This document shows positions 16,999-25,439 of a stretch of DNA of 26,233 bases, one piece after another. Made by a program: the position numbers and the translations under genes. Each line of letters opens with the position of its first letter. Within the stretch, counting starts at the first letter, position 1. The DNA comes from Candidatus Eiseniibacteriota bacterium (GTDB lineage Bacteria > Eisenbacteria > RBG-16-71-46): the NCBI GenBank assembly GCA_038231135.1, contig JBBRLX010000044.1, forward strand, positions 1 through 26,233, written 5' to 3'. A model generated the notes under the pieces. That model was not told where the DNA came from. It worked only from the letters and a program-made list of their open reading frames with translations, and did no database searches.

Positions 16999-17592
16999 CT
17001 ACTTCGTGCCCAGCTTCTCGATCGCCGTCGCCACCGCCGCGGCGTCGGCCTCGGGGTCCACTTCGGTCTCGATCATCGCGATCTTCCCATCGCGGCCGAT
17101 CAAAAACGTCCAGCGCGCCTCCGTCTTGTCGCGAACCAGTTCCACCTCTTTGCCGGCGACCGTGCGCTTGAGGGTTCCACCCTCCTTGAACGGCACGCCA
17201 AACGCGCGCGCGATCGCTCCCGAAGTATCGGACAGCAGCGGGAAGTTGAGATGGTCGGCCTGCTTGAAGTACTTGAGGGCTTGAGTGCGATCGCCGCTGA
17301 CCCCGACCACCGTCGCGCCCAGCTTGGTCAGGCGCGTATGGAGGTCGCGAAACGCGCACGCCTGCTTCGTGCAGCCGCCGGACATCGCGGCCGGGTAGAA
17401 GTAGACCACCACGGCGTTCTTGCCGACGTGGTCCGCACTCTTCCAGATCTTGCCGTTGTCGGCCGTGGCGGAGAACGTGGGGGCCTGGTCTCCGACCTTG
17501 AGCGAGTCCTGCGCATGAGCGGTCGACAGGCCCGCGAACAGCCCCACCGCCACCAGCGACGTCAGCCAGCCGAATCTCGAACGCATGGGCAT
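16999..17592 (-). CDS. Exported peroxiredoxin, BCP/PrxQ (AhpC/TSA) family
   Basis: GGAGG SD and ATG 17592. Signal peptide ending AHA. LKVGDQAPTF, VVYFYPAAMSGGCTKQACAFRD (CxxxxC), GVSGD, FPLLSD and RWTFLIG. Confidence 0.9.
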   Translation of the reverse strand: MPMRSRFGWLTSLVAVGLFAGLSTAHAQDSLKVGDQAPTFSATADNGKIWKSADHVGKNAVVVYFYPAAMSGGCTKQACAFRDLHTRLTKLGATVVGVSGDRTQALKYFKQADHLNFPLLSDTSGAIARAFGVPFKEGGTLKRTVAGKEVELVRDKTEARWTFLIGRDGKIAMIETEVDPEADAAAVATAIEKLGTK

Positions 17593-17630
17593 TTCTTGAC
17601 CTCCAGAGAAGGGAGACGCGGCCCGGAGGC

Positions 17631-17834
17631 ATGAGTATCCAACACGGGGCGGCATCGACGCCAGAAGACGCGAACACGTTTGCCCGAGTCCGGACACAGA
17701 CCGGGCGCCGGCGCTGCCGGCTCGGCGCCCGCCGGTTCGAAGACGAAACCGCCTGGATCATGAAACACCAGGGGATGCTTGAAGCCCGCCTCGACCGCCT
17801 CGGGGACTTCCTCGAACGCACGAAAGGAACATGA
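17631..17834 (+). pseudogene. C-terminal remnant of an ArsR-type regulator of the kind that precedes SRPBCC genes
   Basis: From ~17690: TGRRRCRLGARRFEDETAWI...MLEARLDRLGDFLERTKG resembles the wing and C-terminal helix of such regulators. No N-terminal HTH is recognisable. ATGA overlap with the SRPBCC gene. Confidence 0.65.
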
Positions 17835-18328
17835 ACATGACCACCACACCCACGAAAGACGCCGCCGGCGTGACCGTGACCACCCCGAGCGATCGCGAAG
17901 CCCGCATCGAACGCATCTTCAATGCGTCCCGCAACCGCGTGTGGCAGGCCTACACCGATCCCAAGCTCGTGGCGCAGTGGTGGGGCCGCGGGAACAAGCT
18001 CGTGATCGAGAAGCTGGAACTCGAGCGCGGCGGCCACTGGCGCTACGTCGAGCACAGCGACCATGGCATCCACGGATTCGAAGGCCGCTATCGCGAGGTG
18101 ACGCCGTCCACGCGCATTGTCCGCACCTTCGAGTGGGATGGTATGCCCGGCCACGTGGTGATCGAGACCGTGATGCTCGAAAACCTGGGCGACGGGCGAA
18201 CGAAGGTCGTCACCACCTCGCTGTTCCACACCACGGAAGAGCGCGACGGAATGCTGAAGTCGGGAATGAAGTCGGGGGTGGACCAGAGCTATGCGGTGTT
18301 GGATCTGCTGCTGGCGAAGATGGGGTGA
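17831..18328 (+). CDS. SRPBCC/AHSA1 (START-like) domain protein
   Basis: TTPSDRE.RIER.FNA....VW.AYTDP.LVAQWWG, GG.WRYV, FEGRYREV, TFEWDGMPG and EERDGML.SGM. Confidence 0.92.
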   Translation: MNMTTTPTKDAAGVTVTTPSDREARIERIFNASRNRVWQAYTDPKLVAQWWGRGNKLVIEKLELERGGHWRYVEHSDHGIHGFEGRYREVTPSTRIVRTFEWDGMPGHVVIETVMLENLGDGRTKVVTTSLFHTTEERDGMLKSGMKSGVDQSYAVLDLLLAKMG

Positions 18329-18343
18329 AGAACGACGCGAACG

Positions 18344-20068
18344 TCAGGCCACGTGTGCAGCCACAGGGGCTACGCCGAGGAACTCGTTCAACCGCCGAGC
18401 CACTAGATCCCGCCTCTCCTTGAGGAAGCGTTTGTAGTCCTCGATGCCAAGCATTCCATCATCCGTCGGAATACACTGAGCTTCAAAAGCCGCCGGTCCG
18501 GACTTCTCGATCATTCCTGGGAAGTACTTTACCGGCGGCTTGTCGCTGATCTGCCGGTTCGTCTTGCCGCTGATGAATGCGAGATTCGAGATGTCATCCG
18601 CCTCACGGGCCGTGAACGCGTTTTTGAGCAATGCCTTGGGAAAGATGTGGTGGAACTGCAGGCGATGTTGCGTGCCCTTGTGATCCATGGCGATGGCCAA
18701 GTTGGACCGCCAGTCCTTGGCGCCGGCAGCGCGGAAGGCGAGGAACATGGTCTTGAACAGCGCACTGCGCTGATTGCGGCCTTCCAGCTCTTCCGGAGCC
18801 ACGTCCAGACGCCCGACCTGCAACCGCAGACGATCGATCAACGCATCTACACCGCCGCCCTGACGAATCGTGGCGAGGTCCTGGTCCAGGAGCGTTTCAC
18901 TCGATCCGCGAGAATAGCGGCCCTTCGCGTTGGCCACGAGCACCCACTGGCGCAAGAGTTGGGCTTCCCCGGCGGCGATCTGATAGTGCCGCGTGTGGCC
19001 AAAGTATCCGAGGGTCACCAGCAGATATGGCGACGACATCAGGGCTGGCCCGTCGATGCCCGCATTGTTCTTGAGGAAATTGAGCGCGAATTGCATGCCG
19101 GGAACACACTCGGACCAGGCCTGCTGAAGAGTCGCCGCGGACAACCCGCCTACCGTAAGGAAGCGTGACTGGCCCGTGGCGAACGCGATCATGTTCTTGA
19201 GGTGCAAGCCGAGATCAATCTCGAATCCAGCCTCATCGCATTCGTCCTGAAAGCCCTGGAAGGTTTTCAACGCGCCACGCCACTTTGCGGTAATTTGCGC
19301 CAATGCAAGGTCGGAACTGCGCAGCTTCGCGCCCAGTGAGTTCACTCGAACGAAGATCTCGGTGACCTCGGCGTAGGACAGCTTTCGCTCCAGAACGTCC
19401 ATTCGATAGACGTACTTCCGAATGTCCCGTAGTCGTGCGAGGCGCTTGCTGTACTTGTCGCCGCGCGGATCGTCGAGCGTCGTGATCCCTGCGCGCTGCA
19501 GGAACGGCACCGGGCTATCGCTCTTGAACACGTCGGTCACCTTCACCCAATGCGGGGACTGCTCGAGCTTGTGGGTGGCGACTACGAAGGTCATCCGGTC
19601 GAAGCGCTTCTGCAGCTCGTCCTCGCTGGAATCGGCCTCATCCTCGATCAGATCTTCGTCTTCGTCCTGGTCGTCGCCGTCCTCATCCACCTCGGTAACT
19701 ACCGCCAGCTCGTCGGGGTGCTCGAGATTGAACAGTAGCTCGATCGGGCGCTTCCGCCCACGGACCGTGACCGGCTCCCCGCGAATCACCGCCCACAGCG
19801 AGGTCAGCCGCTGCTGGCCATCGAGCAGCAGGCGCGTGCTGTGGAAGGGATTCCCATTCTGCGTGACCGCGAAGTCCTGCATCGGGACCGCTTCGTCGGT
19901 CTCCCAGAGCAGGATCGCGCCCGAGGGGTAGCCACGGTACAACGAATCCAGCAGGTCGCGCACGCGGGTGGAACGCCAGACGTAGCGGCGCTGCATCTCC
20001 GGCAGGCGCAGCTCACCCCGCTCGATCATGCCCACCAATTCTTCGACGTTCGCTTCCGCTTTGGCCAC
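18344..20068 (-). CDS. Fused GmrSD-type (DUF262 + DUF1524/HNH-like) putative modification-dependent restriction nuclease
   Basis: GAGGAG SD and GTG 20068. DUF262 motifs LPEMQRRYVW, LLDGQQRLTSL and FVRVNSLG. C-terminal HHIFPK...NLAFISGKTN. Confidence 0.85.
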   Translation of the reverse strand: MAKAEANVEELVGMIERGELRLPEMQRRYVWRSTRVRDLLDSLYRGYPSGAILLWETDEAVPMQDFAVTQNGNPFHSTRLLLDGQQRLTSLWAVIRGEPVTVRGRKRPIELLFNLEHPDELAVVTEVDEDGDDQDEDEDLIEDEADSSEDELQKRFDRMTFVVATHKLEQSPHWVKVTDVFKSDSPVPFLQRAGITTLDDPRGDKYSKRLARLRDIRKYVYRMDVLERKLSYAEVTEIFVRVNSLGAKLRSSDLALAQITAKWRGALKTFQGFQDECDEAGFEIDLGLHLKNMIAFATGQSRFLTVGGLSAATLQQAWSECVPGMQFALNFLKNNAGIDGPALMSSPYLLVTLGYFGHTRHYQIAAGEAQLLRQWVLVANAKGRYSRGSSETLLDQDLATIRQGGGVDALIDRLRLQVGRLDVAPEELEGRNQRSALFKTMFLAFRAAGAKDWRSNLAIAMDHKGTQHRLQFHHIFPKALLKNAFTAREADDISNLAFISGKTNRQISDKPPVKYFPGMIEKSGPAAFEAQCIPTDDGMLGIEDYKRFLKERRDLVARRLNEFLGVAPVAAHVA

Positions 20069-20338
20069 GACACACACTCCTCTGCCGGCCTACTACCGTT
20101 ACCCCATCGTGTCGGAGACGGATCGCAGATTCAGTCCGAGGCGCGGGCGTGCGGAGTTACGGGGTGCAAAGGCACTCTGGACCGAGAGCGCCAGGATCAC
20201 CACCGATTGCCCAAAGCCTGACCTAGAGATTGCAGATGGGAGGTCAACTGCCACCGAACTGGAGCGTGGTCAGCAAGTACGAGGGGTCCCCGTGGTGGAT
20301 TGCCCTCCACGCGATCCCCGCCTCGATTCGGCGCGCCG

Positions 20339-21130
20339 CTAGTGTTTCACCGGCACGCGAACGGGCTTCACCACCATGCGCCGGATGTCGTCGCGTCCGC
20401 GCGGCAGGAGCTGATATCCGCCGTGGGTCCGCCCACGGCCCATGTACTGCGAGATGACTCCATCGACGCGTAGCGGCACGCCGGCCGGGACAGGCTGACC
20501 TACGAGCGAGCCCGACAGACCGCAGCCGGTGGCATCGTTCACGCGCATCATCACGTAGTTGGTGTCGGCGGCGGACGTCACCAGCCGGTAGTTCGTGTTG
20601 TCGGCGAACCTCGCGGTGTCCGGTAGCGCCTCGCCCTTGGCCGAGAGAATCCGCACGTTGTCGAGCTGCACGAGGCGCGATTCATTCGGCTCGCAGCCAC
20701 CCGGCTGCTCGGTCGCGTTCAGTTGATCGAGCGTGAGCTGAAGCGGCGCCGGCACCACGGCCGCGTGCCCCAGCGAGTCGATCGCGATTGGCGTCTCGGC
20801 GCTGCCGGTGATCTCGGTGAGCCCGTTGAAACCGGTAACGACGCCAGTTACCCGCACGGAATCACCCAATGGCACGCAGTTCTTCGGCGAACCGAACACG
20901 TTCACGCCGCCCGTCGCATCTTCCACATAGAGCTTCACGCTGCGGTCGACCGAGAACTGCCCCACCACGACGCCCGTGATGGTGACGGTCTGGCCCTTCG
21001 TGAGCGGCGCGCCGTCGGCATCGTTGCAGTGGAGCGAGCCGATCGTGGTGGTCGCGGCGACGGCGGGGAGCGCGCAGGCGAGCGACAGGAGCAGACACGC
21101 TCCGAGAAGGCGGATTCGGTAGGGACGCAA
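20339..21130 (-). CDS. Secreted OB-fold protein (similar to OB modules of extracellular nucleases)
   Basis: TTG 21130 after GAGG. Signal peptide. GQTVTITGVV..LYVEDATGGVNVF..GDSVRVTGVV..FNGLTEI, then a second module ESRLVQLDNV...GVISQY...YQLLPR. No catalytic domain is visible. Confidence 0.7.
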   Translation of the reverse strand: MRPYRIRLLGACLLLSLACALPAVAATTTIGSLHCNDADGAPLTKGQTVTITGVVVGQFSVDRSVKLYVEDATGGVNVFGSPKNCVPLGDSVRVTGVVTGFNGLTEITGSAETPIAIDSLGHAAVVPAPLQLTLDQLNATEQPGGCEPNESRLVQLDNVRILSAKGEALPDTARFADNTNYRLVTSAADTNYVMMRVNDATGCGLSGSLVGQPVPAGVPLRVDGVISQYMGRGRTHGGYQLLPRGRDDIRRMVVKPVRVPVKH

Positions 21131-21186
21131 GGTGATCCTCGTTTGCTTGGGGATGCTGAGGAATGAGGGGATGGAACGCGCCTCAG

Positions 21187-21195
21187 ATGCTAGCA
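21187..21195 (-). promoter_or_regulatory. Extended -10 element TGcTAGCAT upstream of the OB-fold gene
   Basis: TGn-TAnnnT on the minus strand about 57 nt before the TTG. Confidence 0.4.
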
Positions 21196-21236
21196 CGCGG
21201 GGCGACGATGCGCGGGGAAGGCCTGGGCTTCGCCCG

Positions 21237-22898
21237 TTATGTCAGCGCCAAATACTCATGCACGCACCGCACCACGGTCGATCCCTCCCCTACTGCCGAC
21301 GCAACGCGGTTCATCGCCCCCGCGCGCACGTCGCCCGCGGCGAACACTCCGGGCACGCTGGTCTCGAGTGACAGTGGCTCGCGGGCTTGCTTCCAGATGC
21401 GGGCGTAGGCATCACTCGCCAGCAGGTCGCGGCCGGTAAGGATGAAGCCCTTGTCGTCTCGCAGCACGTCCGCAGGCAGCCAGTCGGTGCGCGGGCGGGT
21501 ACCGATGAACATGAACACGGCGTCCGCGTCTTCGACGCGGCATGATCCATCGACGAGCGACCGCAGCGTGACCCGCTCCACGTGCCCGTCGCCCTCGACC
21601 AGCGCGATCTCTGTCTCAGGCAACAGCCGGATGTTCGGCGTCTTCTCGATCTGCTCGATCAGATATTGCGACATGGTGTCGCGCAGCGACCCACGGCGCA
21701 CCACGATCTGCACCTCGCTCGCGTAGCGCGCCAGGTACATCGCGCCCTGCCCCGCCGAGTTCCCGCCGCCGACGACGAGCACGCGCTTGCCGCCGAACGC
21801 CGGCGCCTCGGTGGTCGCGGCGCCGTAGTACACGCCCGCCCCCGTGTGCTCCGCCACGCCCGGCGCGGGATGCGTGCGATAGAACATGCCGGTGCCGGCC
21901 ATCATGGTGCGGGTGACCAGCTCGCGGCCGTCGGCGAGGGTGAGATGAATGTAGGCTGCGTCGATCGCGACGCCGGTCACCTCGAGCGGCGCCAGGAACT
22001 CGGCGCCCAGCCGTTGCGCCTGGGTCAGCGCGCGACGCGTCAGATCGCTGCCGCTGACGCCGGAGGGGAACCCGAGATAGTTCTCGATGCGCGAGCTGCT
22101 GCCTGCCTGCCCGCCTGGCGCGTGCTGGTCGAGCAGCAGCGTCCGCAGCCCTTCCGACGCTCCGTACACCGCGGCCGCGAGCCCCGCAGGCCCCGCGCCA
22201 ACGATCACCAGGTCGTACACATCGAGCGCCGCCGATAGCGAGCGGCCGAGGCGTTCGGCGACGTCGCGGATCTCCGGGTCGCGCAGCACGGTGCCGTCTT
22301 CGAACAACAGCGCCGGCAGCTCGCCGTCGACGACGCCCGCCGCGTCGAGCAGCACGCGGGTGTTCGGGTCGCGCAGCACGTCGAGCCAGCGATACGGAAT
22401 TAGATTGCTGGCGAGGAAGTTCTTGATCGCATGCGTGCGCGGCGACCACTGATGCCCGACCAGCCGGAGGCCCGTGGCCTCGGGCAGGTACTCCGCCTGC
22501 CAGTCGTCCAGCAGATCGTCGATCACCGGGAACAACCGCTCCTCGGGCGGATCCCAGGGCTTCGACAGGTAGTGATCGAGATGCGCTTCGTTGATCGCCT
22601 GGATCGCCGCCTCGATGTCGGAGTAGGCAGTGAGCAGCACGCGCCGCGCCAGCGGGTACACTTCGCGCGAACGGGCGAGCACTTCGCTGCCCAGCATGCC
22701 CGGCATGCGCTGATCGCTGATCAGCATCGCCAGCGAATCCCCGCGGGCTTTGAGCTCGCGCGCGGTCGAGAGCGCCTCCTCTCCCGACGACGCGCTCATG
22801 ACCGTGTAGCGCTCGCGATAGCGCGACCGCAGGTCGCGGCGCACCGCGGCCAGCACCTGCGGGTCGTCGTCGACGATGAGGAGCACCGGCTTGTTCAT
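21237..22898 (-). CDS. Response-regulator receiver fused to a thioredoxin-reductase-like FAD/NAD(P) oxidoreductase
   Basis: REC motifs LLIVDDD, ISDQRMP, LLTAY and SKPW. FAD GAGPAG, GGQAG.SSRIENYLGFP, NAD(P) GGGNSA and ETSVPGVFAAGD. VYYGAA replaces the TrxB CxxC. Confidence 0.9.
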   Translation of the reverse strand: MNKPVLLIVDDDPQVLAAVRRDLRSRYRERYTVMSASSGEEALSTARELKARGDSLAMLISDQRMPGMLGSEVLARSREVYPLARRVLLTAYSDIEAAIQAINEAHLDHYLSKPWDPPEERLFPVIDDLLDDWQAEYLPEATGLRLVGHQWSPRTHAIKNFLASNLIPYRWLDVLRDPNTRVLLDAAGVVDGELPALLFEDGTVLRDPEIRDVAERLGRSLSAALDVYDLVIVGAGPAGLAAAVYGASEGLRTLLLDQHAPGGQAGSSSRIENYLGFPSGVSGSDLTRRALTQAQRLGAEFLAPLEVTGVAIDAAYIHLTLADGRELVTRTMMAGTGMFYRTHPAPGVAEHTGAGVYYGAATTEAPAFGGKRVLVVGGGNSAGQGAMYLARYASEVQIVVRRGSLRDTMSQYLIEQIEKTPNIRLLPETEIALVEGDGHVERVTLRSLVDGSCRVEDADAVFMFIGTRPRTDWLPADVLRDDKGFILTGRDLLASDAYARIWKQAREPLSLETSVPGVFAAGDVRAGAMNRVASAVGEGSTVVRCVHEYLALT

Positions 22899-24310
22899 GA
22901 TGCGATCAGGCTACCATCACTCTCGGCTACCGGCAGCACGACCCGGAACTCCGTCCGGCCCGGCTGCGATTCGACCTCGATGTCGCCGTCGTTGTGGCGG
23001 ACGAGGCGGCGGACGATGTCGAGCCCCAGCCCCGTGCCCTGCCCCACCCCTTTCGTGGTGAAGAACGCATCGAAGATCTTGTCGCGGATCTTGTCGGGGA
23101 TGCCGGCGCCGTTGTCGACGACGCGCACGACCACGCGCTGCTGCTCGCGGGTCGCCTTCACCTCGACGCGGCCGCCGTTGGGCACGGCGTCGAGCGCGTT
23201 GTCGATCAGGTTCGCCCACACCTGATTGAGCTCGCCGACAAAGCCCCGCACGTTGGGCACATCGGGCGCCACGTCGATGACCACGGCGACCGACTTCGCC
23301 CGCGCCTTCGCCTTGAGCACGGCCACCGTGTTGCCGAGGCTCCGGACCAGATCCACCGGCCCCGCGACCAACGCCTGATCCATGTGCGTGAAGCCCTTGA
23401 TCGCCGCGACCAGGCCCGAGATGCGCTGCGCCGCCTCCTGAATCTCCGCCGCCAGGCCGCGCACGGAGCAGCCCGCCGCCGTCCAGCGGAGCACGGCGTT
23501 GAGCGCTGGCCCGTCGACCGCTTTCGCGATGCCGTCGAGCGCCTCGACCGTCACCGCCGTGTCGGCGAGCGCCTCGGCGACCGTGTCGTCGAGGCCGTGG
23601 TCGGCGAGCCAGTCGGCGATGACCTCCTCGTGATCGGCCTGCTCGATGGGCGACCGCACGCCCTGCACGTTGGTGGACAGGCAGGCCTCGCGAACGGCAT
23701 CGACGGCGGCGAGTTGGGCATCGGTGAGCCTCGCGGCGCCGAGGGCGCGAGTGGCGCGTTCCGCGTCTTCGAGCCGGCCCTCGAGCAGCGCCGCACTACG
23801 TTCGATCGCGGACGCCGGGTTGTTCAGCTCGTGCGCCAGCCCTGCCGACAGCTTGCCCAGCGAGACCATCTTCTCGTCGTGCAAGTCGCTCGAGGTGAAG
23901 GCACGGGCACGATCGATCATGGTGTGGACGAGGATCGACGTGATCTCGTGGCACTCCTGCATCATCGCGCGGATCTGGTCGCGAGGAATGGCCAGGATCG
24001 CCGATGGCTCCTGGGCCACCGTGTCACCGGGCGGGCTGACCAGGCGCGAGTATGGCAGCAGGCCCGTGACGTCGCCTTCGCGCCATTCCATGGTCTTGTG
24101 CAGCCCGGCCCCGCGGTCGACGAATATCGCGACGCGGCCGGACAGCAGGATGAACATGCCGGCCACCTGGGTGCCCTTGGTGGAGAGGATGTCGCCGGTG
24201 GCCAACTCTTTGAGGGAGCCGTGCGAGGCCAGCCAGGCGAGCTCCTCGGGCGGGGCGGCGGCGAGGGTCTTGTGGGCAGCGAGGCGGGTGGTGAGGTCGG
24301 GGGTTGGCAT
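22895..24310 (-). CDS. Cytoplasmic histidine kinase with an N-terminal cNMP-binding-like domain
   Basis: CNB-like MFILLSGRV...EGDVTGLLP. H-box AHELNNP, N-box LNQVWANLIDNA, DNGAGI, FDAFFTTK and GTGLGL. No TM. ATGA overlap with the REC-TrxB gene. Confidence 0.92.
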   Translation of the reverse strand: MPTPDLTTRLAAHKTLAAAPPEELAWLASHGSLKELATGDILSTKGTQVAGMFILLSGRVAIFVDRGAGLHKTMEWREGDVTGLLPYSRLVSPPGDTVAQEPSAILAIPRDQIRAMMQECHEITSILVHTMIDRARAFTSSDLHDEKMVSLGKLSAGLAHELNNPASAIERSAALLEGRLEDAERATRALGAARLTDAQLAAVDAVREACLSTNVQGVRSPIEQADHEEVIADWLADHGLDDTVAEALADTAVTVEALDGIAKAVDGPALNAVLRWTAAGCSVRGLAAEIQEAAQRISGLVAAIKGFTHMDQALVAGPVDLVRSLGNTVAVLKAKARAKSVAVVIDVAPDVPNVRGFVGELNQVWANLIDNALDAVPNGGRVEVKATREQQRVVVRVVDNGAGIPDKIRDKIFDAFFTTKGVGQGTGLGLDIVRRLVRHNDGDIEVESQPGRTEFRVVLPVAESDGSLIAS

Positions 24311-24433
24311 TTGTTGTGTCCTTGGAGCAATGGTGTGCGCTCGAAGATCGTCTGCATGATATCGGAAACCGGAGATCTACGGGCAGTTTCCGCCGGTGCG
24401 GGCCCTCGCTGCTAGACCGAATTCATCGCGACA

Positions 24434-25399
24434 TCAACGCCCGATCATCCTCACCAGCACCGGATACGTAACCCCCGGATTCCCCCCCACCTGCTCCGGA
24501 TCCACCACATCGTGGCTGAGATGCAGCGCCACCGGAAACTCATACGCCTCGACCAAACGCCCCCGGTGCCGCCGCCAGGCGGTCACGACCTCTGCGTTCA
24601 ATCCATTGTCCACCGCCAAGTCCCCGCCCACCGTGATCATCGCCAGCGACCGACACGCGGGTCGGTTTTGCAGCGCGTCCTCCCGGACCGCCCACCCGAT
24701 CGTCAGAACCGCCGCCACCGCGCGCGTGGCAAACCTCGGGTAAACGTGACGAGGCCCCCGGAGCTCACGCTTGAGCTTCGCATCCCACCACACGAAGGCG
24801 TTCGGCATCGCGCCCAGCAGGCGCGCGGCCACGGGCGACCACGCGCCGCGGGCGCGCGCCACTCCCAGCATCGGCGCGATCATCACCGCGCGGTCCACGT
24901 CGGGCCGCTCCTGTGCCGCCTACGCCGTCAGAGTCCCGCCGACCGACAGCCCGGCCACCGTGACGCTGTCCCCGAGGCCGTGCGCGGCGTCCAGCACCCG
25001 GTCCGTGAACCCGCACAACTCGCGGGCCTCGAGACGCGCCAGCTCGTCCGTCATGCGCTCGGCGAACCCATGCCGCGGCAGGCGCGGGATGAACACGTTG
25101 GCGCCGCGCTCGAACAGCATCCGCCCCAGCGAATCCCACTGGGCGGGACAGTTGGTCAGCCCGTGCAGCAGCACGATCACACGCCGGGTGCGGTCGCCGT
25201 GGGTCAGGAGCTGCGTGCGGCATTCGCTCGCGATCGCCGGGGAGTCGTCGGCGCCGATCGCGGCGACGAGACGTAGCGCTTCGGCGTAGGTCTGGGCGGG
25301 ATGTGGGTGCGATTCGAGGCCGTGGTGCGGCAGCGGGTTCAGGAGCCAGAATGCGGCCACGGCGAAAATTGCGAGCGCTGCGACCACGGGGCGCCTCAT
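24434..25399 (-). pseudogene. Alpha/beta-hydrolase (esterase/lipase) interrupted by an in-frame TAG at 24920-24922
   Basis: The two track ORFs share one frame: LLHGLTNCP...GLSVGGTLTA*AAQERPDVDRAVMIAP...GDLAV...SHD. 322 codons in total. May be a sequencing error. Confidence 0.8.
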
Positions 25400-25407
25400 T
25401 GACGCGA

Positions 25408-25430
25408 ACTATAGCTGAACGCGCTATCCT
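25408..25430. promoter_or_regulatory. Back-to-back -10 boxes in a 40-bp divergent spacer
   Basis: TATAGT on the minus strand (25413-25408) lies 8 nt before ATG 25399. TATCCT on the plus strand (25425-25430) lies 9 nt before ATG 25440. No clear SD on either side. Confidence 0.5.
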
Positions 25431-25439
25431 CCGAGCCAC

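Noticed and set aside
20078..20338. Possible small gene or RNA upstream of GmrSD (ORF 20230-20457; GTGGA/TCCAC hairpin)
   Set aside because: No recognisable motif, the ORF overlaps the convergent OB-fold gene, and the short hairpin is unremarkable at this GC.
24920..24922. Genome-wide TAG recoding or pyrrolysine insertion
   Set aside because: TAG ends several full-length genes normally (1555, 4402, 15048, 25970), and no pyl genes or other internal TAGs were seen.
25399..25430. TTGACG...TATCCT as a full sigma70 promoter for the GNAT gene
   Set aside because: The spacer is 20 nt, too long. Only the -10 box is retained as a call.
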